Shown: piece after piece, positions 1 to 18,054 of the stretch
Position numbering within the stretch: the stretch's first letter is position 1
Layout: every line of letters begins with the position of its first letter
Made by a program: the position numbers and the translations under genes
Notes under the pieces: model-generated
What the model saw: only the letters and a program-made list of their open reading frames with translations
The model's database searches: none
What the model was told of the DNA's origin: nothing
Assembly (NCBI RefSeq): GCF_009914755.1
Contig: NC_060926.1
DNA length: 64,000 nucleotides
Source: the human T2T-CHM13v2.0 reference genome, Homo sapiens
Reading direction: 5' to 3' (one strand)

Positions 1-244
1 TATAAGCAGATAAGAAAAACTATTTAACCTCATGGTGAGGGGTCAAACAATTGCAAATTAAAACTATAAAACACTTAGTAATGATCAGGGCGCAGGGTGG
101 TGTAGCAGTTAAGAGCCCAGACTGATGTGAGACTCAGCTTGACCAAGCGCTGTCAGTCACTTAAACTCCCTGAGCTTCAAATTAATGATAATAATGATTT
201 CTATCAACTTTATCCCCCTCCATATGTAGCTGGATATATTCATT

Positions 245-380
245 CATTTATTTATTTATTTAGCAGAGACAGGGTTTTGCCATGTTGCCCAGGCCAGTCT
301 CAAACTCCTGGGCTCAAGCCATCCTCCTGCCCCGGCCTCCCGAAGTGCTGGGATTACAGGCATAAGCCACTACACCTGGC
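245..380 (-). mobile_element. Alu monomer/FLAM
   Basis: gagacagggttttgccatgttgcccagg...gtgctgggattacaggc. Confidence 0.85.
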
Positions 381-442
381 AGAGTTTTAGTTTTTATAAA
401 AATTCAAGTTATTTGGTTTTGTGACTCTGTTGCCTTCTGCAG

Positions 443-627
443 AAATGAAGCTGTTGTCATTTCTGGAAGGAAACTGGCCCAGCAGATCAAGCAGGAAGTG
501 CGGCAGGAGGTAGAAGAGTGGGTGGCCTCAGGCAACAAACGGCCACACCTGAGTGTGATCCTGGTTGGCGAGAATCCTGCAAGTCACTCCTATGTCCTCA
601 ACAAAACCAGGGCAGCTGCAGTTGTGG
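443..627 (+). CDS. MTHFD2: MTHFD2 exon 2 (185 nt)
   Basis: ttctgcag|AAATGAAGCT...GTTGTGG|gtatgt; NEAVVISGRKLAQQIKQEVRQEVEEWVASGNKRPHLSVILVGENPASHSYVLNKTRAAAVV. Confidence 0.96.
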
Positions 628-1448
628 GTATGTGTCCTTCTGAGACCTCGACTGCGGTTCAGTTGAGGTTTATATGAGGCAAAGTCCATTCTAATTTATG
701 ATTTCTTTTTTCTGATTAGGAAACCCAAGCAGAGGAGGCTAATGTGATTGAACTGTATCCCAAAACTTTGTCATAGGAAATCAGACTATATCTTTCGGGG
801 TTTATACAGTAGGACAGGAGATACTGGTTGGTATTCTCTGTGGCTTCTGGAAAGAATATAAGCTACATTCTGTTCTTAGTCTTTATATTTGATAGGTGAC
901 CCTGAATGCATTTTACATTTGCTTTCCTTGAGCAATAATGGGTCTCCAGTGGAGGTGTTTGAGTGTTTGCAGCTTAAAGCCTTAGAGGCTTAGGGGGCAT
1001 GATTGAGCAATACAGTATTAGGTGACCTCAGTGATGAGGTCAGGAACACAGTCGTAGATTTGAAGGAAATGACTCTGACTTCTGGGAAATAGCTTTCAAG
1101 TTCTTCACCGATTGGTTCTAAAGCCAAACATGCAGTTTAGAAGCAGTTCAGGTCTGGATGATGGGGTTTGTGTTCTAGGTCTCACGGTACCACAGATTAC
1201 TGTGTCTCTGTGGACAAGAGGTGGGTGGGCAGGCTCAGATATGCCTCTGCCTGCCCATCTGTGGGCCTGTGGTCTGAGCAGCAGGTGGCCTTTCCTTCGA
1301 AGGGCTGTGAAACCACTCGCGTGGCTGGGTGGGGTTACTGGCCTGTAAGCCTGTGGTTTTCTCTGTTCTTTATTATTGAGGAGTGAGGCCTCCTGCTCTT
1401 TTAATTGAAAGCCTTTAGAAACCTCTAGATAATGGCAAGCCATGGCAT

Positions 1449-2165
<717 letters not shown>

Positions 2166-2441
2166 TAGCTCGCTTATTTTTAAACCTCTCTGAGCCTCAG
2201 TCTGTCTGTAAAATAAGGTTAATGAAGATTGCATAGAATGAGGTATACAGGATGTGTTAAGCTAGTATTCTCTGGTGTATATATTTGTGAAGTTACTTTT
2301 TTAGGTTCCTTGAGCTACTTCAGCTTTTAGGGATGAGTGTGATGATACAAAACCCGTATGGTAGCCAAGTATGGTAGGCAACATAGCAGTGCTCATTAAA
2401 TGCCTCAAAAATTTTTTTAACCTCAAAATTTCTTATAATAG

Positions 2442-2564
2442 GAATCAACAGTGAGACAATTATGAAACCAGCTTCAATTTCAGAGGAAGAATTGTTGAAT
2501 TTAATCAATAAACTGAATAATGATGATAATGTAGATGGCCTCCTTGTTCAGTTGCCTCTTCCAG
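2442..2564 (+). CDS. MTHFD2: MTHFD2 exon 3 (123 nt)
   Basis: ataatag|GAATCAAC...CTTCCAG|gtgagt; [41 protein letters not shown]. Confidence 0.96.
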
Positions 2565-2671
2565 GTGAGTTTTGGACTCCATTTAACATGATTGCTGCTG
2601 CTTCTGCTCCTTTCCCTCTCCCTCCCTCTCTCTCTCCCTCCCCATCCCCCTCCTCCTCCCTCTCCTTTCCT

Positions 2672-2922
2672 TGTCTCACTCTGTCACCCAGGCTAGAGTG
2701 CAATGGTACAATCATAGCTCATTGCATGCTCAAGCTCCTGGGTTCAAGGGATCCTCCTGCCTTAGCCTCCCAAATAGCTAGGACTATAGGCATGTCCACC
2801 ATGCCCAGCTAATTTTTACATTTTTCCTAGAAATGAAAGTCTGTCTGTGTTGCCTGGGCTGGTCTTGGACTCTGTGCTTCCCAAAGTGCTGGGATTACAG
2901 GCATGAACTACCATGCCCTACC
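2672..2922 (-). mobile_element. Old (AluJ-like) Alu with CT-rich tail
   Basis: gtctcactctgtcacccaggctagagtgcaatgg...cccaaagtgctgggattacagg. Confidence 0.88.
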
Positions 2923-3275
2923 TAAAATGGTTTCTGAGGGGTGAAAAGGCCTTGTTACTTTATACACCTGGTTCTTCATGTGGATTTGGCTTAAAGGCAA
3001 AATAAACTCAAAAGAGTGAATATTTTATTAGAAATGGGACAGACCAACTCAGAATACCAATTACGCCTTGATTTAGTATTGTGGTCTTGATACAAAGGAC
3101 AGTGGAGGGAAGCAGCTGTGATAGACGATATTGGCTTTGCTATTGGTGTTTGGCTTTGCTTATGCGAGTTCCTTCCATGCAGATGAAGTACATCTCAGAG
3201 GCAAGCTGTAGAAGAATAGATTTCCTTGCGAAGCAGATAAGCTGGAGTCAGGCAGTGCTGACTATGCGGTGGTGA

Positions 3276-4451
<1,176 letters not shown>

Positions 4452-4678
4452 CTCAGTGAAGGAAATTTAAGATTTGATAGTGGTGACAGTGCACATTCCT
4501 GTAACATTTTGTAGCCTGTAGTATGCTTTCTCCTGTTTTCTTTTAGCCCTTATTATGTGTAGCAAGTTACAGCTCCAGTTGACTGATGAGGCAAAATTGG
4601 GTTCATGTTCTAGGCCATCTGACTTTGTTTTCCTTTGGACTGGCACTACTTTTAATGTCAATACATATATTTTTATAG

Positions 4679-4786
4679 GCATTCCAACCCTAGGGAAGAA
4701 TGTGGTTGTGGCTGGAAGGTCAAAAAACGTTGGAATGCCCATTGCAATGTTACTGCACACAGATGGGGCGCATGAACGTCCCGGAG
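4679..4786 (+). CDS. MTHFD2: MTHFD2 exon 5 (108 nt)
   Basis: ttatag|GCATTCCA...CCCGGAG|gtaagg; GIPTLGKNVVVAGRSKNVGMPIAMLLHTDGAHERPG (dinucleotide-binding GRSxxVG motif). Confidence 0.96.
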
Positions 4787-5520
4787 GTAAGGAAATTGCT
4801 TTCAGGGAACACTGTCCTTTTTTCCCCATGTAAGAACTTTCAGAAGCCATCCTGTGCATGTTTGGAAGTATTAACTCTGTTATACTTTGTATTTGTTGAA
4901 ATTTTGTTAACAGACAATTCAGGGAGTAACCTTTGTAGAGAAGCTGCACCCAGTGTCACCTGAGTTTCTTTATTATTCATTTATCATGTAACTAGCTTCA
5001 GAAATAAATTTAAGTTTTGAGTATAAGCATGGTTGTAGGCAATTAGAAAATTTCAGCTATAGCTTTGATAGCTGGAGCTAAGGAGCAATTCTTATTCAAA
5101 GATACTGTGTCATTTAGTGGAAAAAAATCTTTAGCCGTTGCAAAGGATTGGATTGGTATGACTGTAATGTGTCCTGTCAGGTTCTGTTAATTGGTTCTAA
5201 GGTAAAGCCTCGTCAATCAGTTATCACATAATTATTGTAATAATGACCTTACATGATTATATCAGAAATAAAGGCAAAACTATATACTTTCAACTATCTT
5301 TCAACATACTTAAAACAACCTTGAGTAATTTTAGTGATATTTTGCTTAGAAAAGGTAAAATTCTTGAAAGGCTTTAAAAATAGGATGAATAAATTTAATT
5401 ATATGACTCAAAACAGTCGAGCTGGGACCAATGGGTTAAAGCTATATGATATTAGGTATTAATTTTAAAAAAGTAAATGACAATTAGCTGTTCAGAAAAC
5501 ATGGCACAAGCCATTAAGTC

Positions 5521-5834
<314 letters not shown>

Positions 5835-5948
5835 GTAAGTCAATTATTTTTCAGAGATGTTGAGTTTCTACAATGACTTGACTAGTTGAGACCTAATCCA
5901 ATCCCAGCTTTGTGTCAGAAATCAAGACATCTATTTTTTTCTTTCTAG

Positions 5949-6041
5949 GTGATGCCACTGTTACAATATCTCATCGATATACTCCCAAAGAGCAGTTGAA
6001 GAAACATACAATTCTTGCAGATATTGTAATATCTGCTGCAG
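5949..6041 (+). CDS. MTHFD2: MTHFD2 exon 6 (93 nt)
   Basis: ttctag|GTGATGCC...GCTGCAG|gtaaga; GDATVTISHRYTPKEQLKKHTILADIVISAA. Confidence 0.96.
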
Positions 6042-6490
6042 GTAAGAACACAAGGGGGATGGAGGGAAGGACTTCACCTCAGAAGAGGAGGTTGTACCCC
6101 TCATCTTAGAATTCGCCTGCCTAGCTGCTATTCATCATTCCCCTTGTAATGATTCTTTGAGCTGCCTACAAAGATGAGGATAGAGTTGTGATTGGAATAC
6201 CGGTTTCTGGCAGTCCATTATAGTCTAGATGGGTGAATGTTATTCCTAAAGCTTCAAAATATTTATATTAATATTTACTGTATAAAGTTTAAATGGTTCC
6301 TTTTGTTTCCTGTCAGGAGCCAAAATAAAAAAATAATAAAAGTAAATAGTTCCTTAGTTAATATTTTTAACAGGTTTTAATAAAACATGTTGATTAGTTC
6401 TTCAGGGTCTCTTGAAATTGAAGTTAGACAAGAATCTGACAGGTAGACTGTTTTCAGTACTAAGTTGATCTTTCCTTTCTCCATTTCCAG

Positions 6491-6616
6491 GTATTCCAAA
6501 TCTGATCACAGCAGATATGATCAAGGAAGGAGCAGCAGTCATTGATGTGGGAATAAATAGAGTTCACGATCCTGTAACTGCCAAACCCAAGTTGGTTGGA
6601 GATGTGGATTTTGAAG
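6491..6616 (+). CDS. MTHFD2: MTHFD2 exon 7 (126 nt)
   Basis: ttccag|GTATTCCA...TTTGAAG|gtaaat; [42 protein letters not shown]. Confidence 0.96.
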
Positions 6617-6680
6617 GTAAATGGTGAAATTTTATTTTTAAAAATGAAATCAATAAATACTACCTTTCATGGACATTTAG

Positions 6681-8340
<1,660 letters not shown>

Positions 8341-8829
8341 TATGCTGATAATCCTATTCCTAGCTTTCTGTTTTTATTAAAGCAGTCAAACCCATGCCTA
8401 GGTATGTAAGGATTTTCACTTTAACATTAGGTTAATTTTTTTTTTAACTTCTCACTTTTAAAAAATTACTGTGCTTTCTGCTTTGGACAAATTATACTTA
8501 AAATTAAATTAAGAAAATGCTATAGGCAGGTATTGAGGTAATGCTTATTATTGTTATACTTACAACTCCCACACAGTTAACCTACTAGATATTTCTTTAA
8601 TAGATTTCTTTATAGGTTACTTAGATGTATAAATATTCCTTGAACAACTCTGTATGTGCATGTTATTTTACTAGTGTGTTCACAAAACCTTGAATGATGT
8701 AGATGTGATTTTTGAGTTTTATGCTTATGTATGTTACTTTTTCCTTGCATGCTTGTTTAATAATATATTAAAGTACACACATGTCCTTTGCCATAACTAA
8801 AGCAGCCTGCCTGTCTTGTTTCTATGTAG

Positions 8830-8993
8830 GAGTCAGACAAAAAGCTGGGTATATCACTCCAGTTCCTGGAGGTGTTGGCCCCATGACAGTGGCAATGCTA
8901 ATGAAGAATACCATTATTGCTGCAAAAAAGGTGCTGAGGCTTGAAGAGCGAGAAGTGCTGAAGTCTAAAGAGCTTGGGGTAGCCACTAATTAA
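8830..8993 (+). CDS. MTHFD2: MTHFD2 exon 8 coding part to TAA
   Basis: atgtag|GAGTCAGA...; [54 protein letters not shown]. Confidence 0.96.
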
Positions 8994-9874
8994 CTACTGT
9001 GTCTTCTGTGTCACAAACAGCACTCCAGGCCAGCTCAAGAAGCAAAGCAGGCCAATAGAAATGCAATATTTTTAATTTATTCTACTGAAATGGTTTAAAA
9101 TGATGCCTTGTATTTATTGAAAGCTTAAATGGGTGGGTGTTTCTGCACATACCTCTGCAGTACCTCACCAGGGAGCATTCCAGTATCATGCAGGGTCCTG
9201 TGATCTAGCCAGGAGCAGCCATTAACCTAGTGATTAATATGGGAGACATTACCATATGGAGGATGGATGCTTCACTTTGTCAAGCACCTCAGTTACACAT
9301 TCGCCTTTTCTAGGATTGCATTTCCCAAGTGCTATTGCAATAACAGTTGATACTCATTTTAGGTACCAAACCTTTTGAGTTCAACTGATCAAACCAAAGG
9401 AAAAGTGTTGCTAGAGAAAATTAGGGAAAAGGTGAAAAAGAAAAAATGGTAGTAATTGAGCAGAAAAAAATTAATTTATATATGTATTGATTGGCAACCA
9501 GATTTATCTAAGTAGAACTGAATTGGCTAGGAAAAAAGAAAAACTGCATGTTAATCATTTTCCTAAGCTGTCCTTTTGAGGCTTAGTCAGTTTATTGGGA
9601 AAATGTTTAGGATTATTCCTTGCTATTAGTACTCATTTTATGTATGTTACCCTTCAGTAAGTTCTCCCCATTTTAGTTTTCTAGGACTGAAAGGATTCTT
9701 TTCTACATTATACATGTGTGTTGTCATATTTGGCTTTTGCTATATACTTTAACTTCATTGTTAAATTTTTGTATTGTATAGTTTCTTTGGTGTATCTTAA
9801 AACCTATTTTTGAAAAACAAACTTGGCTTGATAATCATTTGGGCAGCTTGGGTAAGTACGCAACTTACTTTTCC

Positions 9875-9882
9875 ACCAAAGA
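9875..9882 (+). promoter_or_regulatory. miR-9-5p 8mer seed match in MTHFD2 3' UTR (second, 7mer-m8 match at 9393-9399)
   Basis: ACCAAAGA complementary to the miR-9-5p seed. Confidence 0.55.
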
Positions 9883-10009
9883 ACTGTCAGCAGCTGCCTG
9901 CTTTTCTGTGATGTATGTATCCTGTTGACTTTTCCAGAAATTTTTTAAGAGTTTGAGTTACTATTGAATTTAATCAGACTTTCTGATTAAAGGGTTTTCT
10001 TTCTTTTTT

Positions 10010-10015
10010 AATAAA
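10010..10015 (+). terminator. MTHFD2 proximal polyadenylation signal
   Basis: AATAAA after a U-rich stretch, followed by GU-rich sequence (tctgtctggtatggtatg). Confidence 0.75.
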
Positions 10016-10152
10016 ACACATCTGTCTGGTATGGTATGAATTTCTGAAATTCTGTCTTCCTATGACTCCTAGTTGTGACCTAACCAGTTTTTTTCTCATT
10101 TAATCAATGTAGCTATTCCTATATTCAGTAACACTTACTTCTATAGCCTTAA

Positions 10153-10659
<507 letters not shown>

Positions 10660-11011
10660 TGTCCTACAGTCTTATATCACAACAGGTTGTGCCAAGCTAG
10701 GAGCTTAATCTGTAAAATACTTGAGGCAGGGATAGGTTTGTCTGTTTTGGCTTTTGGCTTTCATGCGAGCAGAAGTAGCTCCTGCTCTAGGCAGCTTGAG
10801 GCAGAAAGAGAAGAAACAATTGAGTTGACCTACCTCCGTCCTCGTTCTTCTGCCAGCTGGCGTTATTCTTTTGATAGTTCTCTGGAGTTTAAAGAAGTTT
10901 AGATAGTTTGCTGGAGATGTTTTTGTAAGTGACGTATAGCTTATGTCTCTAATCCATGCCTGCTTACCTAGATTATTAAATGTGGAGCAAGATGACCAGA
11001 CAGGATTAAAT

Positions 11012-11017
11012 TTTATT
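11012..11017 (-). terminator. Candidate SLC4A5 polyadenylation signal
   Basis: TTTATT on + strand = AATAAA on - strand, about 2.5 kb into the last exon; other hexamers exist (e.g. 12427-12432). Confidence 0.55.
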
Positions 11018-11363
11018 GAATTACAGTTACAAGTGGAAAAAATGACTGACTTACTGCATGGAGAAGTATTATGTCAACCTGTTAAAAGCTATGGAAATTA
11101 AAATGTTCATGTATATACAAAATATAAATGACATGTAAGGTAAAATTACAGTGATCAATTTACAACAAAGAAATTAACAGTAGTTTTCCAGCTTGTTTGA
11201 TTAATCAAGCAGGTTTACTCTTGAATCCATAGCATTTCTACAATTTAATTTGGACAAAGTTCTATTCCAGATCAGCCAGGTTTTAAAACTGAAATGTGTT
11301 AAGGGTGGATTGTTAGCTTCCCCAGGATTGGTGTGGATGATAAATACTTTTTTTAAAAATTAA

Positions 11364-11657
<294 letters not shown>

Positions 11658-12284
11658 CAAGAATTTATACTTAAGCATAGGAGATGGTTCTGGAAATTCT
11701 AAGAAATTCTGCTCTCAGTAAGAGTAGAGGTTTGGAGCTTTACCTCTTGGCAGTATCCCTTGGAAGGGAGCTCTGAGATTAAATGTAATCAAACACTTAT
11801 TGAGAGCTTTCTATGGACCAGGCACTACACTAGACGCTGGGAATTACAGAGGCAATTACCTGTCCTATACTCAAGGTGTTAATGATCTAGTGTCATTTTT
11901 CTTTAAAAAAGAAAGCACCTGCATTTGTCATCTTGAGCAAATATAGTAACTCTAACCTCAAGGTTCAAGTGATTTACTCAAGGTTTAAATCATAGTTGTT
12001 TTGGAGAAAGTAAGTGTCAGATGCACTGTGGCTGTCAGGGTCATAGTAGGCATTAAATCAACATGGTTGGTGTTCATTAAATGTGGATTGAAGATAAAAT
12101 GACTGATCTTAAGTTTCATGAGGAATAGGTTTGCTTCATTGAAACTGGTTTTTATCTTCCCAAATAGTTTTCAATCATTCCTTTAAAGTACTAGGTTGAT
12201 TAATATTGCAAAGTTGTAATGTAAAATGTGACCTTACCTCTGTCTAACCTGTATTGTTCACATGAATGGGAGTTTGACTTTGGG

Positions 12285-12290
12285 AATAAA
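12285..12290 (+). terminator. Candidate MTHFD2 distal polyadenylation signal
   Basis: gggAATAAAcattg with upstream UGUA motifs (12216, 12250). Confidence 0.55.
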
Positions 12291-12351
12291 CATTGAAAAT
12301 TTGCAGGGAGGACCCACCCAAATGTATCATGAAATGTGATTCCAGGTATGA

Positions 12352-12854
<503 letters not shown>

Positions 12855-13377
12855 GGTTCAAACTTTTCATATAACCCTTAGGAAATTGGATGTGACAGGG
12901 AGAAAAGATAGGACCTTTTCAGCATTTCTTAATATGCAGAATTGCCAAATATTCCAAAGATGGTCTAGTGACATAAAAGTATATTACAAGTTTGTTTGAG
13001 AACATCTATATTTAAATCTAACCTTTAAACAATTTTAAATTGATATTTGTTTTAAATATGAATTGACTATTGCCCCTTTATCTTAGCTATGGTTTGGGGA
13101 AACAAGCATTTTTTTATTTCCAAAGAAATGTTAGAATTTCTATGCTGAACTGCATTTTAAAATAAAATATAATATTTAGCTTTAGGTATTTTAATTACTA
13201 CAAAGGGGAGAGCTTTGCATCTAAGCAATACTTTTCATCAATAGATCTCCAGTTTTCTATAGGCAGACGGACTCCCTCTGTTTGATAAAGAAGGAAACAG
13301 GCACAGAGAAGTTAAGACCCTCCCAGTGAAGACTAAGCCAGGCTCTCCATCTCCCATCTGGGAGAAGCTGCTTCATC

Positions 13378-13495
13378 CTAGAGGGTGGTCTCACTGTCAG
13401 TTTCTCTTCGGTATTTATCCATGTCTGTGAAGTCATAGTCTGACTCCATCTCTATCTTCACCTGTGGCACCATGAACACTGGGTTCCGTGAGTAG
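13378..13495 (-). CDS. SLC4A5: Putative alternative SLC4A5 C-terminus ending in class I PDZ ligand ETTL
   Basis: YSRNPVFMVPQVKIEMESDYDFTDMDKYRRETDSETTL*; in frame if exon 17618-17702 is skipped; resembles the NBCe1-C tail. Confidence 0.6.
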
Positions 13496-13925
13496 CTGAA
13501 AGCAGGTGAAGCTGGACAGGATATTTTGAAGTGCAAGGTGATGCTGAACGAGAAGTAGGAAAGAAGGATTACGTAGTTCTTGGTGTTTTGAACCCATCCC
13601 CTAGAGCAGGGCTCTAATGCAAATACTTCCATCTTCGCTTCTGAACTCTCAGCACATGCCAGAATGAGCAGTTTCCTATTGGCTTGGCCTTCAGCCATAG
13701 TCACGCATCTGGTCTCACCCTGTAAACCTATCTTCACATTGCTGCCAAGGTGAACTTTTGAAATCACAAATTTGGTGATTCCTCATTGGGTTCAAAGAAT
13801 CTAAGCTCCTTAGTGTGAGAAGACAGGAGTGTCTTGTCTTCTCACAAACACAAACACAGTCTTCTGTGTTTGTAGTCCTGCCTGCTTAGTTTGCCCCATC
13901 CATTGCAGTGTTCTTTGCTCTTTGG

Positions 13926-13927
<2 letters not shown>

Positions 13928-13974
<47 letters not shown>

Positions 13975-13981
13975 TGTGTGT
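13928..13981 (+). repeat. (TG)n microsatellite
   Basis: About 21 perfect GT units plus an interrupted extension. Confidence 0.95.
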
Positions 13982-15244
13982 TTTCAAATGGTACTTCGGG
14001 CCTGTGTCCACTGCCTGAAATGCCTTTTCTTTTCTCTGCCCCGCTCTATGTCTGGCAGATTCCAGTTTCCCTTTCTTAGATTCTCAAAACGAGGCTACTC
14101 CCTCCCTGTGTACTCCGATATTCTTGCACAGGGTGCTCTGTCTTTGTTTGCATGCCTTTCTTTCCACATCCTCAGGGATTAAGCATCGCACCTGGTAGAT
14201 CATTGATGCTTAGTCTTTGTTAAACCAGATCATGTTGCAGAGCCTTTCACTGAAACAGAATCTTGCTATTTAGTGATCTTTGCCTCCATCTGTTTTCATA
14301 AATTCAGTAAAACACCAATGAGGTTGGGAGATACCATCTCCAGTTACCAAAGTTTCTTCATTTCTGACCCTGTCTTAGGGCCTTGTGTAATTTAACAGGG
14401 TTTTGGAAACCCCTAACCTGGTCCAAATTTTCTCTCTACTGCCTGAAATTGGGAGTAGTCAGTCAATTTCATGTAGATTATTTTATAAATGAAAATAAGA
14501 TAGACTGCTTTTCTCATAATACCGGTGTATACTAATGTATAAAGATCAATGGCATCACATATATAGGAGCCTGACTGGGGAAGTGGGATGAGAAGGAAGG
14601 TGGAGATTAACTGGGACAGGTGACACTTTGGGCTAGAGCATCTTTGGGACTGCTGCTTAGGGAGGGTTGAACTGGGGAAAAGTGTGTCGTTTCACCCTGG
14701 CATTGGGATAGCAGCTTTGCCTTATAATTCAGAAGATCCCCTGCCCCGTTTCCCCAAAAATCTCTTGGATGAGTGCCCTCTGTGCCTGGAGATTGATCTT
14801 CTAGACTTGGGATAGCCTGTGCTGTAATTACTGTTTGATCCCTGTCCATTCTAGGGCACAAGGTAGGAGTGGGACTGCCCCTGGCATCTTCCCAAGTAAC
14901 AATGAAGTAAAGCCTTTCTTGCCTCTAAATTCATCTTTTCTGTGTTTGCCCCCACTATGTCATCATCAGGGAGTCTCACCTTTTTCACGGGTGGCTTCTC
15001 ATGAAGAACAATCACATTGTTGGCATGGGGGCTCCTGGCAACTGGCCTTGAACCTATTCTTAACAGTTCCCATCTCCAGTTGATCTCTGATGTTAGCTTT
15101 GATGTTGATCTCTGATGTTGGCTTTCCTCCATACCCTTTCTGACCTTTGCTAATTAACCCTGCTGTTAATTCATTCTACAGAGTACCCCAGGGTTTCGAT
15201 CCTTAGCGTTCATTTATCCTGGCTTTCAGTGATATTACACTTAA

Positions 15245-15893
<649 letters not shown>

Positions 15894-16183
15894 CAACGTT
15901 TACTTTCAATTTTTGTTCTACCTAATCTTTTATAAGAATTTCCTTTACTAAAGTTGAATACCTTTGTGTGTTGTAACCATGTTGTTAAGTCAGTAAGAAG
16001 ACATACTTGTTTCTTGGCCCTGAATGATGAGTCAGGTTTGTCAGCCTTTGACTCCCAGTTGGGGGCCAGCAAGGGCCTTCTACTGAGAGGACAGCTAGCT
16101 TGGGAAATCCTAGACCCTCCACCTTCCCGGCCATTTCCTAGTCTCTTACCTAATACGCAAGGAGTCTACCTAACAGTGTTTAC

Positions 16184-16251
16184 CTTCGGTCAAGTTCTGT
16201 GTCACTGAAGGAAGAATCAGAGTGAGTAACTCCAACTGGAAGATCTTTTTC
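16184..16251 (-). CDS. SLC4A5: SLC4A5 68-nt penultimate exon with canonical stop (TGA 16219-16217)
   Basis: tgccag|GAAAAAGATCT...GACCGAAG|gtaaac; canonical frame (R)KRSSSWSYSL*. Confidence 0.92.
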
Positions 16252-17198
16252 CTGGCAGGAAAATGAAAAATGTCAGATGTGGAGCAGGTTTGAGAACCAT
16301 ATTTCTCCGGGCTTCCCCCACCATTTCCTTTCTTTTCCTTCTCTAACCCTAGAGCCAACACTATGCAAGAGGAATACGGGGCCTCAGAGATGTGTGGCTT
16401 CGGGCTTAGTTACTCCTTCACCCAGAAGGTGCTCAGCCAGGGCTAGGGGGTGTGAGGCATGGGAGGGCCAGGGAAGAGAGAAATAGGAGTGGGGGAGGAG
16501 TCTGAGAAACTCAAGATCTTGAGGTACCTATGATGTACAGTGCTGATGGGAAGGATGCCCTGGCTACCCACCCCTAATCTGTCTTTGAGGGTGGCAAGCC
16601 CTGTATTAGAAGCACGGGGCTCGGGACTAAGGTAGGGATCTTTCAGAAGACCTCGGGACAGGCTATGTTGCCTGGATGACAGGACTGGCCACCTATAGGG
16701 AGCTGAGGCTGGGAGGGGTTAAAGGCAGTAATATAATCTCCCAGGATTTCCATAAGCAATGCCCAGTCCCTCCTAGGCAGCCTCCCTCTCAGCTGTCTGC
16801 TGAGAAGGTGCTGAGGATTCACACAGAGGCACAGCACAACCACCACGAGGACCTCCAATTATGCCTGACTTATAACCCAAGTGCTATGCTACCTATTTCT
16901 CTAAAGGGAAAAGCTTGGTTCTGAACCCTCAACCATTTCAACAGCCACTGGAAAACATGGGAGGCCTGGTGGGCCATGTTTGGACTGATGTGGTCTGAAA
17001 CAACATAGAAGAGGGCCAGGAGATGCCACAGGGATCTGGGGACACCTGGGGAAAGGAGGGAATGAGGGATTTTGCCTCAACTAAAGTGAGAATTAGTCGA
17101 GTCTGCAGGCTTTGCTCTGGGGTTTCCATCTGGTTGGAGTACCAGTCCTGGTGGCCCAGTTCTCTTTGATCTCTGCCAAGGACAAAGGTCTTCTAGCG

Positions 17199-17507
17199 CA
17201 GGGGTCCTCAGCTCCCAGGCCATGGAACAGTAGCAGAACCAGGCCGCACAGCAGGAGGTGAGCATGGGCGAGCAAGCATTAACCCCTGTGCTCCAGCTCC
17301 GGTGGGATCAGTGGCAGCAATAGATTCTCATAAGGGTGAGAACCCTATTGTGAACTGTCCATATGCAGGATCTAGGTTGCGTATTCCTTAAGAGAATCTG
17401 AGGTGGAACAGTCTCATCCCAAAACCATTCCCCACTCCCTACTGGTCCGTGGAAAAACTATCTTGCACAAAACTTGTCCCTTATGACAAAAAAGTTGGGG
17501 ACTGCTG
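17199..17507 (+). mobile_element. MER1B-like hAT-Charlie DNA transposon
   Basis: caggggtcc...aggccgcacagcaggaggtgagc...aaagttggggactgctg; 8-bp TSD ttctagcg/ctctagca. Confidence 0.8.
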
Positions 17508-17617
17508 CTCTAGCATCCAAAATGATTAGATCCCCCTGAGTTACAGATGAAAGTTCCTAGGGGAAAGACATGGAGGACTAGTAGTAAGAAGGGAGAGACA
17601 TCATGTGTTTTACTTAC

Positions 17618-18054
<437 letters not shown>

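Noticed and set aside
13544-13767. Upstream part of the 129-aa ORF 13378-13767 as a standalone small gene
   Set aside because: Starts at a non-ATG codon in intronic sequence; only the part after the acceptors resembles SLC4 tails
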